Under the pieces are notes generated by a model. It saw nothing but the letters and a program-made list of their open reading frames with translations, did no database searches and was not told the origin of the DNA. From the NCBI RefSeq assembly GCF_009914755.1, contig NC_060943.1: 64,000 nt of DNA. One strand, given 5' to 3'. The position numbers and the translations under genes are program-made. Shown piece after piece: positions 1 through 20,297 of the stretch (its first letter is position 1; each line of letters begins with the position of its first letter). The stretch is from the human T2T-CHM13v2.0 reference genome, Homo sapiens.

Positions 1-647
1 GAAAGAAAAAAGTAACCCGATCTTGTTGAGGAATGTGTGCTTATGCCCTTTTCCGCCTTCTCTCCATTAGCCCTGGCTGTTTCTGTCTGCCTGTAATTTT
101 ATTAGCATTTCAGTCAGATCTGTCATTAGGTACCCATCTTCTTGGGTATACGTATCACTCTGCTAAGAAACAAAAGGAATACATGTCTCCTCCATGACTA
201 GGCAGTGGGTGCCACAGGAGCCAATGTAGACCAATATAGTCATTCAGGCAGGAAGCTTATGTATGAGACGGTAGGTGATAGACCCCTAGATTCCTGTGGC
301 TTCCTCAGGTCTTTTGTATATGAAGAATTTCATAGGTTTTCATTCTTTGGTCTACATGCAGAGAAGAGAGTTTCTTATTAGAGGACAGATTGGAGAAAAA
401 AATAGGGCTTTTACTGTTTATTCCACGTATTTCTGTATTGTGTGAAAAGTAATTTAGCAATGAACACGTATTTTGTTAAAAAAAATTGTAGAATCGTTAG
501 AAGTAAAAAGTAAAGTCATTTTCTCATTCTCAAAGTTACCTGCTATTAAGAGTTTAAATTGTACCTTCCAGAGCTTTCTGTATATGTGTCTACACATAAT
601 AGATATAATGTGCTGGGCTGCTTTTTATACAGATGGAGCCATGCTGA

Positions 648-1063
<416 letters not shown>

Positions 1064-1384
1064 AACTGTATAATAATTTGTTTAATCAGTCTCCTGTTAA
1101 AAGACATCATCTCAGTCTTTTGTTAATATAGATAATACTGCATTGGCTATCTATACATGTGTAGACACATGTATACACACACATACATGTGCATGCAAAT
1201 ACATCTATAGGATAGATACCTCAGAATGGAATAGGCAGATGGAAGGATAGGTACATTTTATATTTTAAACAATATTGCCAAAATGCTCTCCAGTATAGCA
1301 CCTCCATCAGCTGTATATTAGGGTAGTGGTAAAATGGTAATATGTTAGAATTGCAGCTGCCTTACAGTCATCCAGTCCACCTCT

Positions 1385-2308
<924 letters not shown>

Positions 2309-2410
2309 TCAGAGCCAGCTCATGTGTCAAATGGAATTTCTGGTTTTATAGCTTATGCTCTTGTGTTTAGGGCAGAAATTCTAGCACAAGGCCTCACACC
2401 CAGGCAGTAG

Positions 2411-2779
<369 letters not shown>

Positions 2780-3715
2780 TCAACCTCTCATTCTTAGTCC
2801 TTTTTCTCACTGCATCCTCATCCTTCCCGTTTTGCTGCTGCTTCCTACTCCTTTTCAGGCTAGCCTATTTCAGAAAATTTTATCTTTTTTAGTAAAATTA
2901 TTTGCTCAGAATAAAAATAAAGCAGATTTCTGTTTCATTCTTCCTGGGCCTGCTTTGGGAGGGTGGTGAGTGGTGAACTCCAAGGAATTGTTTGCATGGT
3001 GTGCTACCCTGATGGGAGATTCTCAGCGTCCAGGATTCCTTTACTTTTCTGTGGGGGTTCTATCTGGAAACCTTATGTGACTCAGGGCATAGTACGATTT
3101 TGAGCACTTCCTGTGGTCAAAAACTGTTGTCTTTGATTGGAAATTATGCTGTGTTCTGAGTGCTTGCTGGCACGCACACACTGTTGACTGCTTGTTCTGG
3201 TAGCACATCTGCGTGGGGTGCCTTAAAAGTGGGCACTCTCTCAGCAGAAAATTCCCATGTGGGACCTCAGTTCAAGCCCCTCCTCACTTTCATCACTTTC
3301 TTCTCTTTTGCTTCCCTTCCTCTGTGCCTTCACTCCTCCACACTGGCCTCAGCAAATCCCATCTATTTTCCAAGCCCCATCTGAAAGCGTGCCTCTTCTC
3401 TGATGACCATCCTTGTTGGAGCTGACTTTGCCGTCCCTCCTGTGGACATCCATGCCAGTTGTCTGTGTCATCTGTTTAGCAGTCATCTGGTCCTAACTTT
3501 TAGCTTATCTTTTATTATATCTAAGTGTGATCTAACTTTTCACCTTTATCTTGTCTCCCTGTCACCTCGAAAGAGGACACGACAGTGCTGTTAATTTTTC
3601 TATCTCCCATGGGACTTAATCGGTGTCCTCCACGTAGTATGCTTTAATAATGGTTTATTGCTGTGATACTGCTTCACAAATGCCAGCAGATGCCATGCTG
3701 TATCATCAGAGATGA

Positions 3716-4426
<711 letters not shown>

Positions 4427-4883
4427 AGTGGCATCATTCTTTAAGTCTACTTTTACTCCATAAGCCAATCTCCCATTGAAAAACTGACAAAAATAATTCT
4501 CAACTTTCAACTGGTTTCAGCTGACCCTCTGAATGTGGGATAATATTTGCTTGATAGGGCAGTTTCAGTTCAGCAGAAGGGCTGGTGTGGCTCATTGGAG
4601 CTTATGGAAGGGGGTTCTACCAGGGTAATAAGGTCAATATGTGAATCCTTTGATAAAAAAGAAATGGGCACAAGCCAACATGGACCCAGAGAGAGAATAA
4701 AAGTCTTAAAAACTTGCAGAAATGAACAGTCCTGGTAGGTCTTTGGTAGCCTGTCCAAATACAGAGCATGGATCTAAAGTGATTTCTTTCCCTTCATATG
4801 TTTATTCAGTTATCATAGTACTACCTTTTGATAGCCTTCCCCTATATTTTGTGACAATTACTTTATCAAATATTCAGTTCTTA

Positions 4884-5191
<308 letters not shown>

Positions 5192-5292
5192 GAGTCTTTT
5201 CTAAGATTTCTTTTGTTTTACTGATTTTACTTTCTTGTTTTTATACCAAAATCATGTTTCCTAAATTTTTACTCTCAAAAGTGCTTTAATAG

Positions 5293-5721
<429 letters not shown>

Positions 5722-6117
5722 TAGCCTCACAATGTTTAGTTTTTACAATCCTAAAAGAATAATTGAACACCTGTTATGTGTCAGTTCCATTAGATGCTGG
5801 AGGCTAAAATATGAATAAGATAGTTCATATTGCCCCCTAGAAGGACTCTTAGTCTTCTCTGGTCAAAACCAAGTCAATAAAGGAAGTATTAGTTGGAAAC
5901 CCTCAGTCTCCCCAGCCTCAATACCTAGCTTCACTTGTACATCCAGCAGCCCCTGGGGTCTACTTTGCAACCTTCCAGTTTGCCATATGTGATATTTTCT
6001 ATTGGATCTTTTAAAGATATTTTTGGTATTTTTTTCTTTCTTTGCAAAATATTTATACGATTTTTGGTATTATTTTATTTAGTGCATTTTAACCATTCCA
6101 TTGAGATTTTTATTTTA

Positions 6118-6435
<318 letters not shown>

Positions 6436-7710
6436 TGCAATTGAACATCTTTGTAATGTATGGTCCTTCATTTCAAAGTCATGACACCTCTCTGCTTTTT
6501 TTCCTCTTCTCTTTTTTCTTGTGTAGTCATTACAGTTGTTTGTCTTACTTTCTAGGGTTGATGGGATGGAGTGAGTGTAATAAGTTAGTCTATAATAATA
6601 TTTCTGGCCTATCAAGTACAAGGCATTTTTGAAGCCAAGAAGATCCTGAGGAAGCCTGAGGCCAGCCCCCATTGGAGATGACTACACACATCAAAGAGAA
6701 AATTAATATCTCTCCACAGTCTGTTTGCCCAGTGCCCATGAGGCTGTAGGGGTTAGTGCTGCAGAAGTCAGGGAGCTTGCTTGCTTGGAGTCTGGGATGG
6801 AGGCTTGTCCTTAAAGATACACTGGATTCTCTAACAGGATGGGAGGAATAGTCTAGGTGTGGAAAGTCAACTGAATGAGAGTCAGGTGTAGAGGTGAGAG
6901 GCCGTGCTGACCACGTAGCCATATTGCCCTAAAATCCTTTGAACGTCAGCCTCCAGCAATTGGACTTGGCCTGGGCTTTTCAGATTTTTTTTTTTTTTCT
7001 CAGATCCCTAGAATTGTAAGGGAGTCCTTCTGCATGGGGACGGGAAAGGTCAGGCCACCAGGACTCTGGATCCTTCAGCCTTAAGGTTCAGTTTAAGATT
7101 TCATTTGGAAGAAGGATTTTCTCACTCCTGAGAAAGCTTGTCAGCCCTCACTGTTACCATTTGCGGGAAGGTAGGGTTTGAAGGTTTTCATCCCAGAGAA
7201 TCTGCTGACCTGAGTCAACAGCATGTCCTCCATGGGGAGGGGGTCTCTCCCTTGTTACCTTCCCACACCAGTCAACCTCATCAGTCAGTCCCATTGTTTT
7301 TACCACCTAAGCGTGTTTTCAGCCTGGCCCCTGCCCCTGCGTTTAGTCTCTCACCCTCTTCTTGGATTACTGTGGTAGCCTCTTTGTAATTGACCTTCCT
7401 GTTTCTGGTCTCATGTCCTTTCAGTCCCTTATGCACACTGCTGCAAATATCTTTCCAAAATAAATGGGATCACTTCACCTTCACCTGCTTAAAACTCATC
7501 AGTGGTTCTGTATCACTCTAGGATGAAGTTTCATCCTACTACTTACCAGCAGGATGTGGTCCCTGCCCACTGTCTAGCTCTGCCTCTTGCCATTTCCTTC
7601 ATTCACTCTAAACTTCAGCCCACAGATTAAAACTACGCACAGTTCCTTAAGCTGCCATTATATTTCTCACCCGCACTGCCTTTCCTTCCTGTTCCACTTC
7701 GAGACTCCCT

Positions 7711-7829
7711 CCCAGAGTCCTTCTCTGATCTGCTCTGTGAGCCAGGGCTCCCTGCCGTGTCTGTCACGCCCGGAGTCCTTCTCTGACCTGCTCTGTGAGC
7801 CAGGGCTCCCTGCCATGTCTGTCACGCCC
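7711..7829. repeat. 58-bp tandem duplication (2 copies)
   Basis: 7711-7768 and 7769-7826 differ by three transitions. Confidence 0.95.
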
Positions 7830-8409
7830 TGTGCTTTCCCAGTGAACACGTAGCACACTGTACTCTGATTGTCTTCCTTCCTCAATGGATCCTAAGTTCC
7901 TTGAGGGAAGGGACCGGGTCATCTTCATTGTCTCCTCCAAGCCAAGCATACAGGGCTCTAGTAAATGATGATGAATGACTGAATGGCACAGAAACACTCC
8001 AGAGACCTCTCCCCTCAAAAGCTTCATTCAGTGGTGGAAACGTGGAATTGTATACATAGAAAGGGAGGAGGAAGAAGATTCATATAACACTAAGGTCTTG
8101 AGCAAGGTGGCAGTATCTGGGCAGGAGCAAATGCCCAGTGTTTAGTGTAGGGGCACAGCATGTGTGTTGCTGATAGGGCATGCGTGTGAAACATTTAGGT
8201 GGGATATCTAAATAAATGGGCTTGGACAGAAGGAGCTGTGGGTCAGCAGAGCAGGAGGGAAGAAAGCAAGGGAATCCACCGGCAAGGCTAATGGGAAGCC
8301 TGCTGTCCCTCGGCTGGAGGCCAGCCACAAAGTGTCACACACATCCTTCCTGAGTTTGGGGAAATATCTGTAGGTCACTTCAGAATTTGGGTTCAAAATA
8401 ATATGGAGG

Positions 8410-9175
8410 CCACATTATTCATAATAGCCCCAAAATGGTAAGAACCCAAATATCCCACTGATGAGTGAATGGATAACGAGATATAATATATTCATACAGT
8501 AGAATATTATTCGGCCGTAAAAAGGAACAAAGTAGTGACGTGCTACAGATGGATGAACCTTGAAAACATTACGCTAAGTGAGGTAAACTAGTCACACAAG
8601 ATCACATGGCCCATGATCTCATTTACACAGAATTATCTAGAATAGGCTAATCTATAAAGATAGAAAGTAGATTAGTGGGCCGGGTGCAGTGGCTCACACC
8701 TGTAATCCCAGCACTTTGGGAGGCCAAGGCAGGCAGATCATCTCAGGTCGGGAGTTCAAGACCATCCTGGCCAACATGATGAAACCCTGTCTCTACTAAA
8801 AATACAAAAATTAGCCGGGCGTAGTGGTGTGTGCCTGTAATCCCAGCTATTCAGGAGACTGAGGCGGAAGAATCTCTTGAACCTGGAAGGCAGAGGTTGC
8901 AGTGAGCCAAGGTTGCACCACTGCACTCCAGCCTGGGCCAGAGAGCAGGACTGTCTCAAAAAAAAAATAGAAAGAAGTAGATGAGTGGTTGCCAGGGGCT
9001 GCGAGAAGGGAGAAATTTGGAGTGGCTGCTCATGGATACAGTTTTTTGGGTGTTGATGACAGTGCTCTAAAATTGTGGTGATACTTGTGCAACTCTGAAT
9101 GTGCTCACAGCCATCGAATTGGACACTCTCACAGTGGGTGAATTGTATGTTGTGTGAATTATATCTCAATAAAAC
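8410..9175 (+). mobile_element. L1MB-type 3' end interrupted by an Alu (8678-8967)
   Basis: attcataatagcccc...atggatgaaccttgaaaacatt...tgtgaattatatctcaataaa resembles an L1MB 3' end; tagaaag-tagat-agtgg is repeated around the Alu. Confidence 0.8.
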
Positions 9176-10309
9176 GGTTGTGAAATAATAATCATAATAA
9201 ACGGAGGATAGGTGGATAGATGTTTTACTCCAGGTTTGCTACTTAAAATTTTTCACTGAGTCTGCAGTGGCCTGTGTTCTTTTTGAGGTGGGTCCTTGGA
9301 GAAGAGACCTGCTCTGACAAAGCTTCCTCACTGCCTGGTGGTTTCTCCTGTCTGGCACATACACTCTGTCGGACTGCTTGAGGCACTGCTCCACTCTCAG
9401 GAGCAACCAGGGATGGGAGACAGCACTAGTGTCTTCGGTGAACGTCTGCATCCAGCCCGCGTGAGCTGCGACACACAGACCCTTAGAGAGCACTTGCCTC
9501 CTGCAGAGGTCTAGGGGCAGAGGGTTGGACCAGTCCTGCCCTCAATAACCACTCAGCGACTTGTTTTCTGTGGGGTGTCATCAGCTCAGAGAAGCAACAC
9601 GTCTTTCCTAGGTTCTCTGAAGGAGATCTACTCATGCCATTGTTGGATCTGTCTGCTACAAGTGTTACTGGGCTGGATTCGAGGACTTTGTTTTTCCATC
9701 TGCCCTCTGTATTTTCCTAGGAATGCTTCTGTGAATACCCCCCTCCCACCTGCCAAGGCAAGTGAGGCAGCAGCACCAGGAGAGCTGGACCCCTGCACAC
9801 ACCACCACTGCCACCACGCTGCCTTTGCTCCGCTGCCTGGCTTCTCTGTTTCCCCTACTGAACTGTGAGGAATTGGGGCAAAGACTGCCTCTTCTTTCCA
9901 TTACCTGTGACCCATAGTAGGCACTCGGGTATCTATTGAAGGAATTAGTGAATTTTTCTTTCCACGGATTGAATTAGATTGGGACAAAGAAAGAAAGTCA
10001 TGGGGTGCAGGGTGAATTCTTGGGGCTTGATCACTTCAAGATCTCATCTTGGCTTAAGTCTGTCAACATTTTTCTTTTTCCTTACCCAGCCCTAAGCTAT
10101 TTCCATTGGCAATATATTGCACACAAGCTGTGTTTCACTTCTTAATGCTATGGGATATTGCTGCTACAAGAGCCATCCTTGGTGTTTGCAGAAATATTTG
10201 TGATTTGAGGAACCCAGTGCAGTGTAGAGCAGGTAATGTGGGGGAGAGCAAACTCACACCCCTGCAGTCTCTAACTTGAAGGACTGTGCAAGCAGGCATG
10301 TTCCTTACG

Positions 10310-10503
10310 TAGGGGTGCTTAACCTAAGGTCTGTGGATAGGCTATGGAAGTCTGAACCCCTCAACATTACTGCGGAAATTTTGTGTGTGTGCACACACAC
10401 CCAGGTGTACACTTGCCCTGTGGATGGTGCAGAGTCTATACCCTTCATCAGGAGATCAGAGTGAGGGGTGTCTCCTCCCCTGAAAAAGTTAGAGATCACT
10501 GTT
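10310..10503. mobile_element. Degenerate hAT-Charlie-type DNA transposon (MER) remnant
   Basis: Ends resemble hAT terminal inverted repeats (aggggtgcttaacc ... gttagagatcactg); subfamily not resolved. Confidence 0.4.
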
Positions 10504-10998
10504 CATTCACAGCGTTTGTGGAAACTATACCACTGATCGAGAGCAAGCCAGGACGATGATGCAGCCTTGTTCTCAAGGGATTTATAATCTAGTAAGGGTG
10601 AAGATTTCACCCTAAACCATGTAGAGCCTACAAAAGGAGGTCAGGGAGGCCAGGGAGGGCTGGGAGATAGAGTTGTTGGGACTTAAAGGATGACTCGAAG
10701 TGGAATGATTGAGCCTAGATCAAATCATTTTCTCTTCACAGCTCTCCGTGACAGGAGACTGCATAGCTTCCCTGTGAGTCCATGGGCCCCAAAGTGATTA
10801 TAACTGACCTCTAGCTTGACTGTGCCCATCCCCTGCCATTGGATCCTCTCCAAAACAGACAGTCATTGTCACGTATACTCACACGACACACAGGGAAAAT
10901 AGCAACCAACAAACTGTTTCCATGTGTTAGAGTGGTAGAACCTGGCTCCATTTCCAGTGTCTCACCTCCATGTGTATGAACTAAAAATAGGCAAACTT

Positions 10999-12183
<1,185 letters not shown>

Positions 12184-12924
12184 GCTAAGTGTTTAGAATA
12201 AGTAATATGCATATATTTTCAGCTTTATAACTAACTGAGAACAAATTGCAGTGTTGTCCTGATGGGACACAGCAGGACAAAAGGCCAACTATTTCTTGAG
12301 CTGATTTCCTACAGCTGCTGGTGAACTAACTCCCAGATTGCTTAATCTAACTGGGAAGTGCTCTTTCTTTAGACTTAGGCGTGCGGCGCACAGCCTTTCG
12401 TGAGAGGTACGAAAGCAGTGTCTGCGGGCAGCATGACAGATGTGGCCCTGAGCGAGTTCCTTCACTCCTGAGTCTCCCTGTCCTTGATTGAAAAATGAAG
12501 ACAAAAGTAGCTTCCTTGCAAAGTACTTGCACATATTAAAAGAGATAATATGTACCAAGTGCCAGGCTGGAGCTCACATTGCCAGGCCCTGTGCTAAGTG
12601 TTTCCATGAGTCTCATTTAAGCCTCATAGCAACCATATTAGATAGCTGTGATTTCCAATTTTCTCTTAAGAAAAATGGGATTCAGAAGGATGAAGACAGA
12701 ATCTGGGATTCAAACCCAGAGCCATTGCCTGCTAGCCACACTGCCTTCCTTTACTGGAGTGAATTGAAGCCCACAGAAGACAGATCAGGTGGAGTCCTGG
12801 CTACTCACAGAGCAATGGAAACAGGCAGATAGTATTCAACCCTGTTCCCCTGCACTGAAGATTTACTTCCAAACCTCTCTTAACTACCTGAGGATTTTTT
12901 TTTCTTCCTGACAAATCTGTACAT

Positions 12925-14035
<1,111 letters not shown>

Positions 14036-14036
14036 G

Positions 14037-15165
<1,129 letters not shown>

Positions 15166-17589
15166 GCCCCATCCCCTCCTGCAGGGGTCCTAAATTTAAG
15201 ACCTTGCTAGTGGGCTTCCTGCACCCTTCTGAGGGTGCGCAGGAGAGGAGGCTGCCAGCCTCTACATCTGGAAGGAGCACCAGGGAGGGCCCAGCCTGGG
15301 GCTGGGAGCTCAGGGGCCAGTGTGCCGCGGCAGCACAGTGAGAATCCTGGGCCTGTGTGGGGCTTGTTCTTCACTTTACACCCCATACATGGTTTATTAG
15401 CTAATCTCCCGTGAGCCAGAGGACAGTATTAATCTCAAAGTAATGCTAATCCCTTTTTACAAGAGGAAACAGAAATCCCCAAGTCCTCTGGCAGAGGCCG
15501 TTCACAGAAGCCCATCAGAATGGAAAAGGCCTACGTTCCAGCCCTTTTCCTGTCTTCTCTGCTTTAGGCTGATGAAGCTGTGAGTTTTATAGCATTGGAC
15601 TGAGCAGATTCAGAATTTTACCAAATACCTTCCCACTTGGAAAACAGCCACCCTGCAAAAAACCTCCGTGTTTCCCTCCACATTCATCATAGCCACCAGT
15701 TCCTAGAGCTATCATGAAGGAGAGTTGGCGGGACGAGAGCTGTTAAATTCAGTTAGTTACTATTTCCCTGCAGTCAGCCTAGATCTATGTAATTCTGTCT
15801 TTCAGAGAAGGCAGCTAATTTCAGTATAGATACTCCCATCTATCACTGTAACAGTTTAATAGGTACGGTTATAGCTTGAATACACCAACAGGCTTTATGT
15901 GAGTAATTGCCGTATTTGCACTGCTTTGAATTGATAAAGTGCTAAAATATGAGGTATACTGTTTCATATGCTGTGATTTTTATGGGGGCTGTCTGTTACT
16001 TAATCTCTCTCCCTCCCCCTGTAATTCTAGTTTTACTAACAAATTGCTTTCCCACAGTCCAAATAGTTTTAAAACAAAGCTTTCTCCTTTTTTTTTTTTT
16101 TTTTTTTGCTACCATTCCTCACCACCCTCCCGTTTTTCTGCTTGCTTATAAGTTAAGCACAAGTCACTTGCATTCCAGAAATTCCCCATTGCCATAAAGG
16201 CAGGCAGTCAGCTCGCCAGCTCTTGCCTGTTCCAGATAAGCAGGGTTCATTTAGCTTGTGACTCGGCATTGCTAGCGGATTTCCTCAGGCCCCAGTGCCC
16301 TGATCAGAACAGTGTGCCCTGGCACACCGCCTGGAGAGCCCAGCAGCCAAGGAGAAGTAGAGCTTGTTTCACAAAGTAACCCTGGCCTTCCATCCAAGAC
16401 AGAAATAGTCTGGGTGGCGGCCCAAGGCCCCGAGACGGTTCCAGCCGGCTGCTTTGCCTGGCTGTCCCGGCTGCACTCGCCTTCTCCATGGTGGGGAGCT
16501 CGGGCAGACAGGTTGCTCTGGCCTGAGCGTGCCAACCAGGCCCATGGCCTGTCCTGCCATATTTGCCAAGGCAGTACAAACAGGACGGTACAGCAGGCTG
16601 TCCTGTGAGAGTGGTCCCAAGGAGCAGTACCCACTCTCGGCTGCAGGACCTTCTCGGGCCCTTGGTGGAGCTGGCCTGACTGTGCCATTGAATTATCACC
16701 TGGGGGCTCCGGTGGCCCTTGCTCTTGCTCTGTGTCTGTCTGTTCATCTCACTCACACGCACACCTTCTGTGCTGCCTTGCTCATGAGGTTTCACACCCA
16801 GCAAATCCCCACGCCTCTATAACCCCTGTCAGTTTCCTTGACCTCTGCTTTTTTCCTGTTCATTTCACCAAAGCCAGTGAAGCACAGATGAACTAACCTC
16901 TTCTCCTCCGTGTTACACTCACTGTAAAAACATCTAAGACCCGCATAAGGTCAGTCTGGGAAGGCTGAGCCCTGATAAAAGGCGACAGAGCAGCCCATTA
17001 GCAAGAATGTGGCCAGCTTCTGCAGGGGGCGTGGCCCTGTGGGGACTCCCAGCCACAGCCAAACCATGGCTCTGCCCTGTAAAAGTTAACAGCCAGGTCT
17101 GGAGACCAGACTTAACAGCAGCACATGACTGGCTGTGGCGAAATAATGAACCCACTACGTTCCTAGTGAAGTTACCGGGAAGAAGGGGAGGGAGAAGGCT
17201 TCTTGGTGAATGTAGAACCTCAATACATCTGGAAAGGAAAGTAGGAGTTGGATGCTCCAGCCGCTTAGGGAGCAGCTCCTCCATGCTGGCCCCGGTAAGG
17301 CACAGGCCCCTTGAGAACAAACACTTGAGTCGCCTTCCTCCCTCTCTTCAGCTGGAGAAACGCTGCACTTTTCTTCCTCCTTCCCTCCTTTCTGAAGACA
17401 GCTACTGAATGCCTTCCCTGGTACTAGTTACTGTGCAAGCCCAATACACAGACGGGTGATGAGAGGACTCTGCCTGCTCTTGTGAACTCAGGGGTCTACC
17501 AGGGGACCAGCATTAAGCAGCTAATCACACAGCTATCCAGCGACTTTCACATGGTGCCCAGGGCTGTCCAGGAAGAGCATGGAGACAGT

Positions 17590-17820
17590 GCCTTGTGGTG
17601 ATTGATTAAACACAGACTCTGGAATCGGACTGCCCGGGTGTGAATCCCAGCCCTGCCATCTGTTTGCCACGTGGCTCAGTTTGTTCAGTTATAAAATGGG
17701 AAGAAGAATGGTAGAATACAACTCACAGAGCTGGTGTGAGGACTGGGTGAGACAGTGCATGTAAAAGGCTTATGGCTGGCCTTGGCCCAGAGTGCCGGCA
17801 CTGCGTAAATGTAAGCAATT
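17590..17820 (+). mobile_element. MIR remnant
   Basis: MIR core-like text (cagactctggaatcggactgcccgggtgtgaatcccagc...taaaatggg...tgtgaggac). Confidence 0.7.
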
Positions 17821-18315
17821 GTTGGGATCCTATAACAGGAACTTAATTTAGTCTAGGAGTCAGGGGAGACCTCGGAGGGAGCATTGTTTAGTCACAGAAC
17901 AGAGGTAAAAGTGGAAGGAACAACTGTAGGGAGGCCCTGCAAGGTCATCAGGACTGCAGTGAAGTATAAGGGGAGGGTGGCAGGCTTGAGCCTGGTGACA
18001 GGAGCCCCCGAGGCCACATGTTGAGAAGTTTGTGTTGTACCCTAGATTTTTATCCTAGATTGCAGGGACTGGGATCAGCCTTCCTGCCTGAGGCTTACAG
18101 GCTTCTGACTCTGAAAAGTATTCTTTCTTAGGGAAGAGAGGCCAGGAAAGGAAGGGACACTGGGCTGTGATTGGTGACATGTTTGCCTCCTTTCATGGGT
18201 CATTGGGAATCAGGAACCTGAAGGAAGTTAACCTCTGCCCTCCTTAATGCTTGGGAGGAATCTGCTTGTAACCCCAAGGGGCTTTTCTACTTGGGCCTGC
18301 CGTGGAAAGGAAGCG

Positions 18316-19021
18316 GGTGTTTTGTGTGTGTGTGTAGTGGGGTCTGTGTGTGGGGGGTAGGATATGTGTGTGTGTGGTGGTGGCGTGTGTGATGGGATGT
18401 GTGTGTGTGGTGGGATGTGTGTGTGTGGTGAGGTGTGTGTGTGGTGGGATGTGTGTGTGGTGGGGCGTGTGGGGGGGGTGTGGTGTGGTGTGTGTGGTAG
18501 GGCTGTGTGTGCGGTGGGGTATGTGTGTGTGGTGGGTGTGTGTGGTGGGGTTTGTGTGGTGGGATGTGTGTGTGGTGGGATATGTGTGTGTGGTGGGGCA
18601 TGTGTGTGGTGGGATGTGTGTGTGGTGGAGTCTGTGTGGTGTGTGTGTGTGGTGGGGCATGTGTGTGGTGGAATGTGTCTGGTGTGTGTGGTGGGATGTG
18701 TGTGTGTGGTAGGGGGTTTGTGTGGTGGGGGATTTGTGTGGTGGGGTGTGTGTATGGTGGGGTTTGGTGGGATTGTGTGTGTGGTGTGGGGGTGTGTGTG
18801 GTGGGGTGTGTGTGTGGTGGGGTTTGTGTGGTGGGCTGTGTGTGTGTGGTGGGGTTTGGTGGGAAGTGTGTGTGTGGTGGGGCTTGTGTGGTGGGACGTG
18901 TGTGTGTGTGTGGTGGGGCAGGTGTGGGGGGGTGTGGTGTGTGGTGGGATGTGTGTGTGTGGTGGGGTGTGTGTGGTGGGATGTGTGTGTGTTTGTAGGG
19001 GGGTGTGTATGTGGTGGATGT
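18316..19021. repeat. ~700 bp GT/GGT-rich compound tandem repeat (unit ~ (TG)n-TGGTGGG)
   Basis: Directly visible; it produces the Cys/Val/Gly and His/Thr/Pro pseudo-ORFs in the track. Confidence 0.97.
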
Positions 19022-19927
19022 AGTACACCTGTATTGTGCTCGCGGTCTGTTTCTTTGTTGGTGGATCTTTAGCCTGTAAGATCCCTCACAGTGGTGGCAC
19101 CAGCTCTCCTCGGAGTCACACTGCCATCACTCCAGTGCCACTGGGCCTGCGTGGGCATGCCAGCAAAGTCACACTTCAGAGCATGAAGACGTCTCACGTT
19201 CTTGGCAGGACGGCTCTCCCAGCTGCTCCTGGCTTTGAATGTTCACTCCCGTTTTGCAGAGCGCAGTCGGCTCACCTCGATTATGGACCACACTCTTCCT
19301 CCAGAATGGGCAGGGTGTCAGCTCTAGGCTGGCCTCAAGTTCTTTGCCAGCGTGGTTTCTTAAGCCCAGCTGTTGGGATATGCATTTTCTTGAAAGTCAG
19401 GGAAAAGAATGGAGCCCCCTGTTGGGCTCAGAGCAGGTCCAGAAGTCCTACTTGACGGTTCATGGCAGCAAATGCATAGGCAGCTTCTGAAGGATCAGCC
19501 AGATGCTAGAGCCATCTGATCCCCCAGACCTGGTGCGATGTTGCACCTCCTCCCTCCTCCTCAGCCCTGAGATTTATGACATGGCCGTGTGCGCATCGCT
19601 GGCATCGGGAATGTATAAAGCCACAGTGCCTGCTTGTGGCACTCACACCCAGTCAAGTCATCGTAATAGAGTGTTAGTGGCCTTCTATCATGGGGGGAAA
19701 GTCTGGCACAGGAAGAAGCAGGTCTTGACTGACAGGGGAATTGCCTGGGAAGACAGCTAACGAAGGGGCAGGGGAGGGACAGAGGACCCGAGTGTTCAAG
19801 GAGGAGAGCAGCCAGAAAACCACCCAGGCACCTCCCGAGCAGGAAGGCAGCAGGGGGAGCTGCGGGGACTCGTGTGATTTCAATAGTAGCGCTTCTGCGG
19901 AGAGACACAGCGAGGAAACCTTCTCTA

Positions 19928-20297
<370 letters not shown>

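Noticed and set aside
12258-12415. CTGATG ... CGAAA suggestive of a hammerhead ribozyme
   Set aside because: The core is CTGATGG, not CUGAUGA, and I cannot build the three-stem junction with correct spacing
18228-19072. His/Thr/Pro-rich and Cys/Val/Gly-rich ORFs up to 266 aa
   Set aside because: Artefacts of the GT-rich repeat, which has few stop codons
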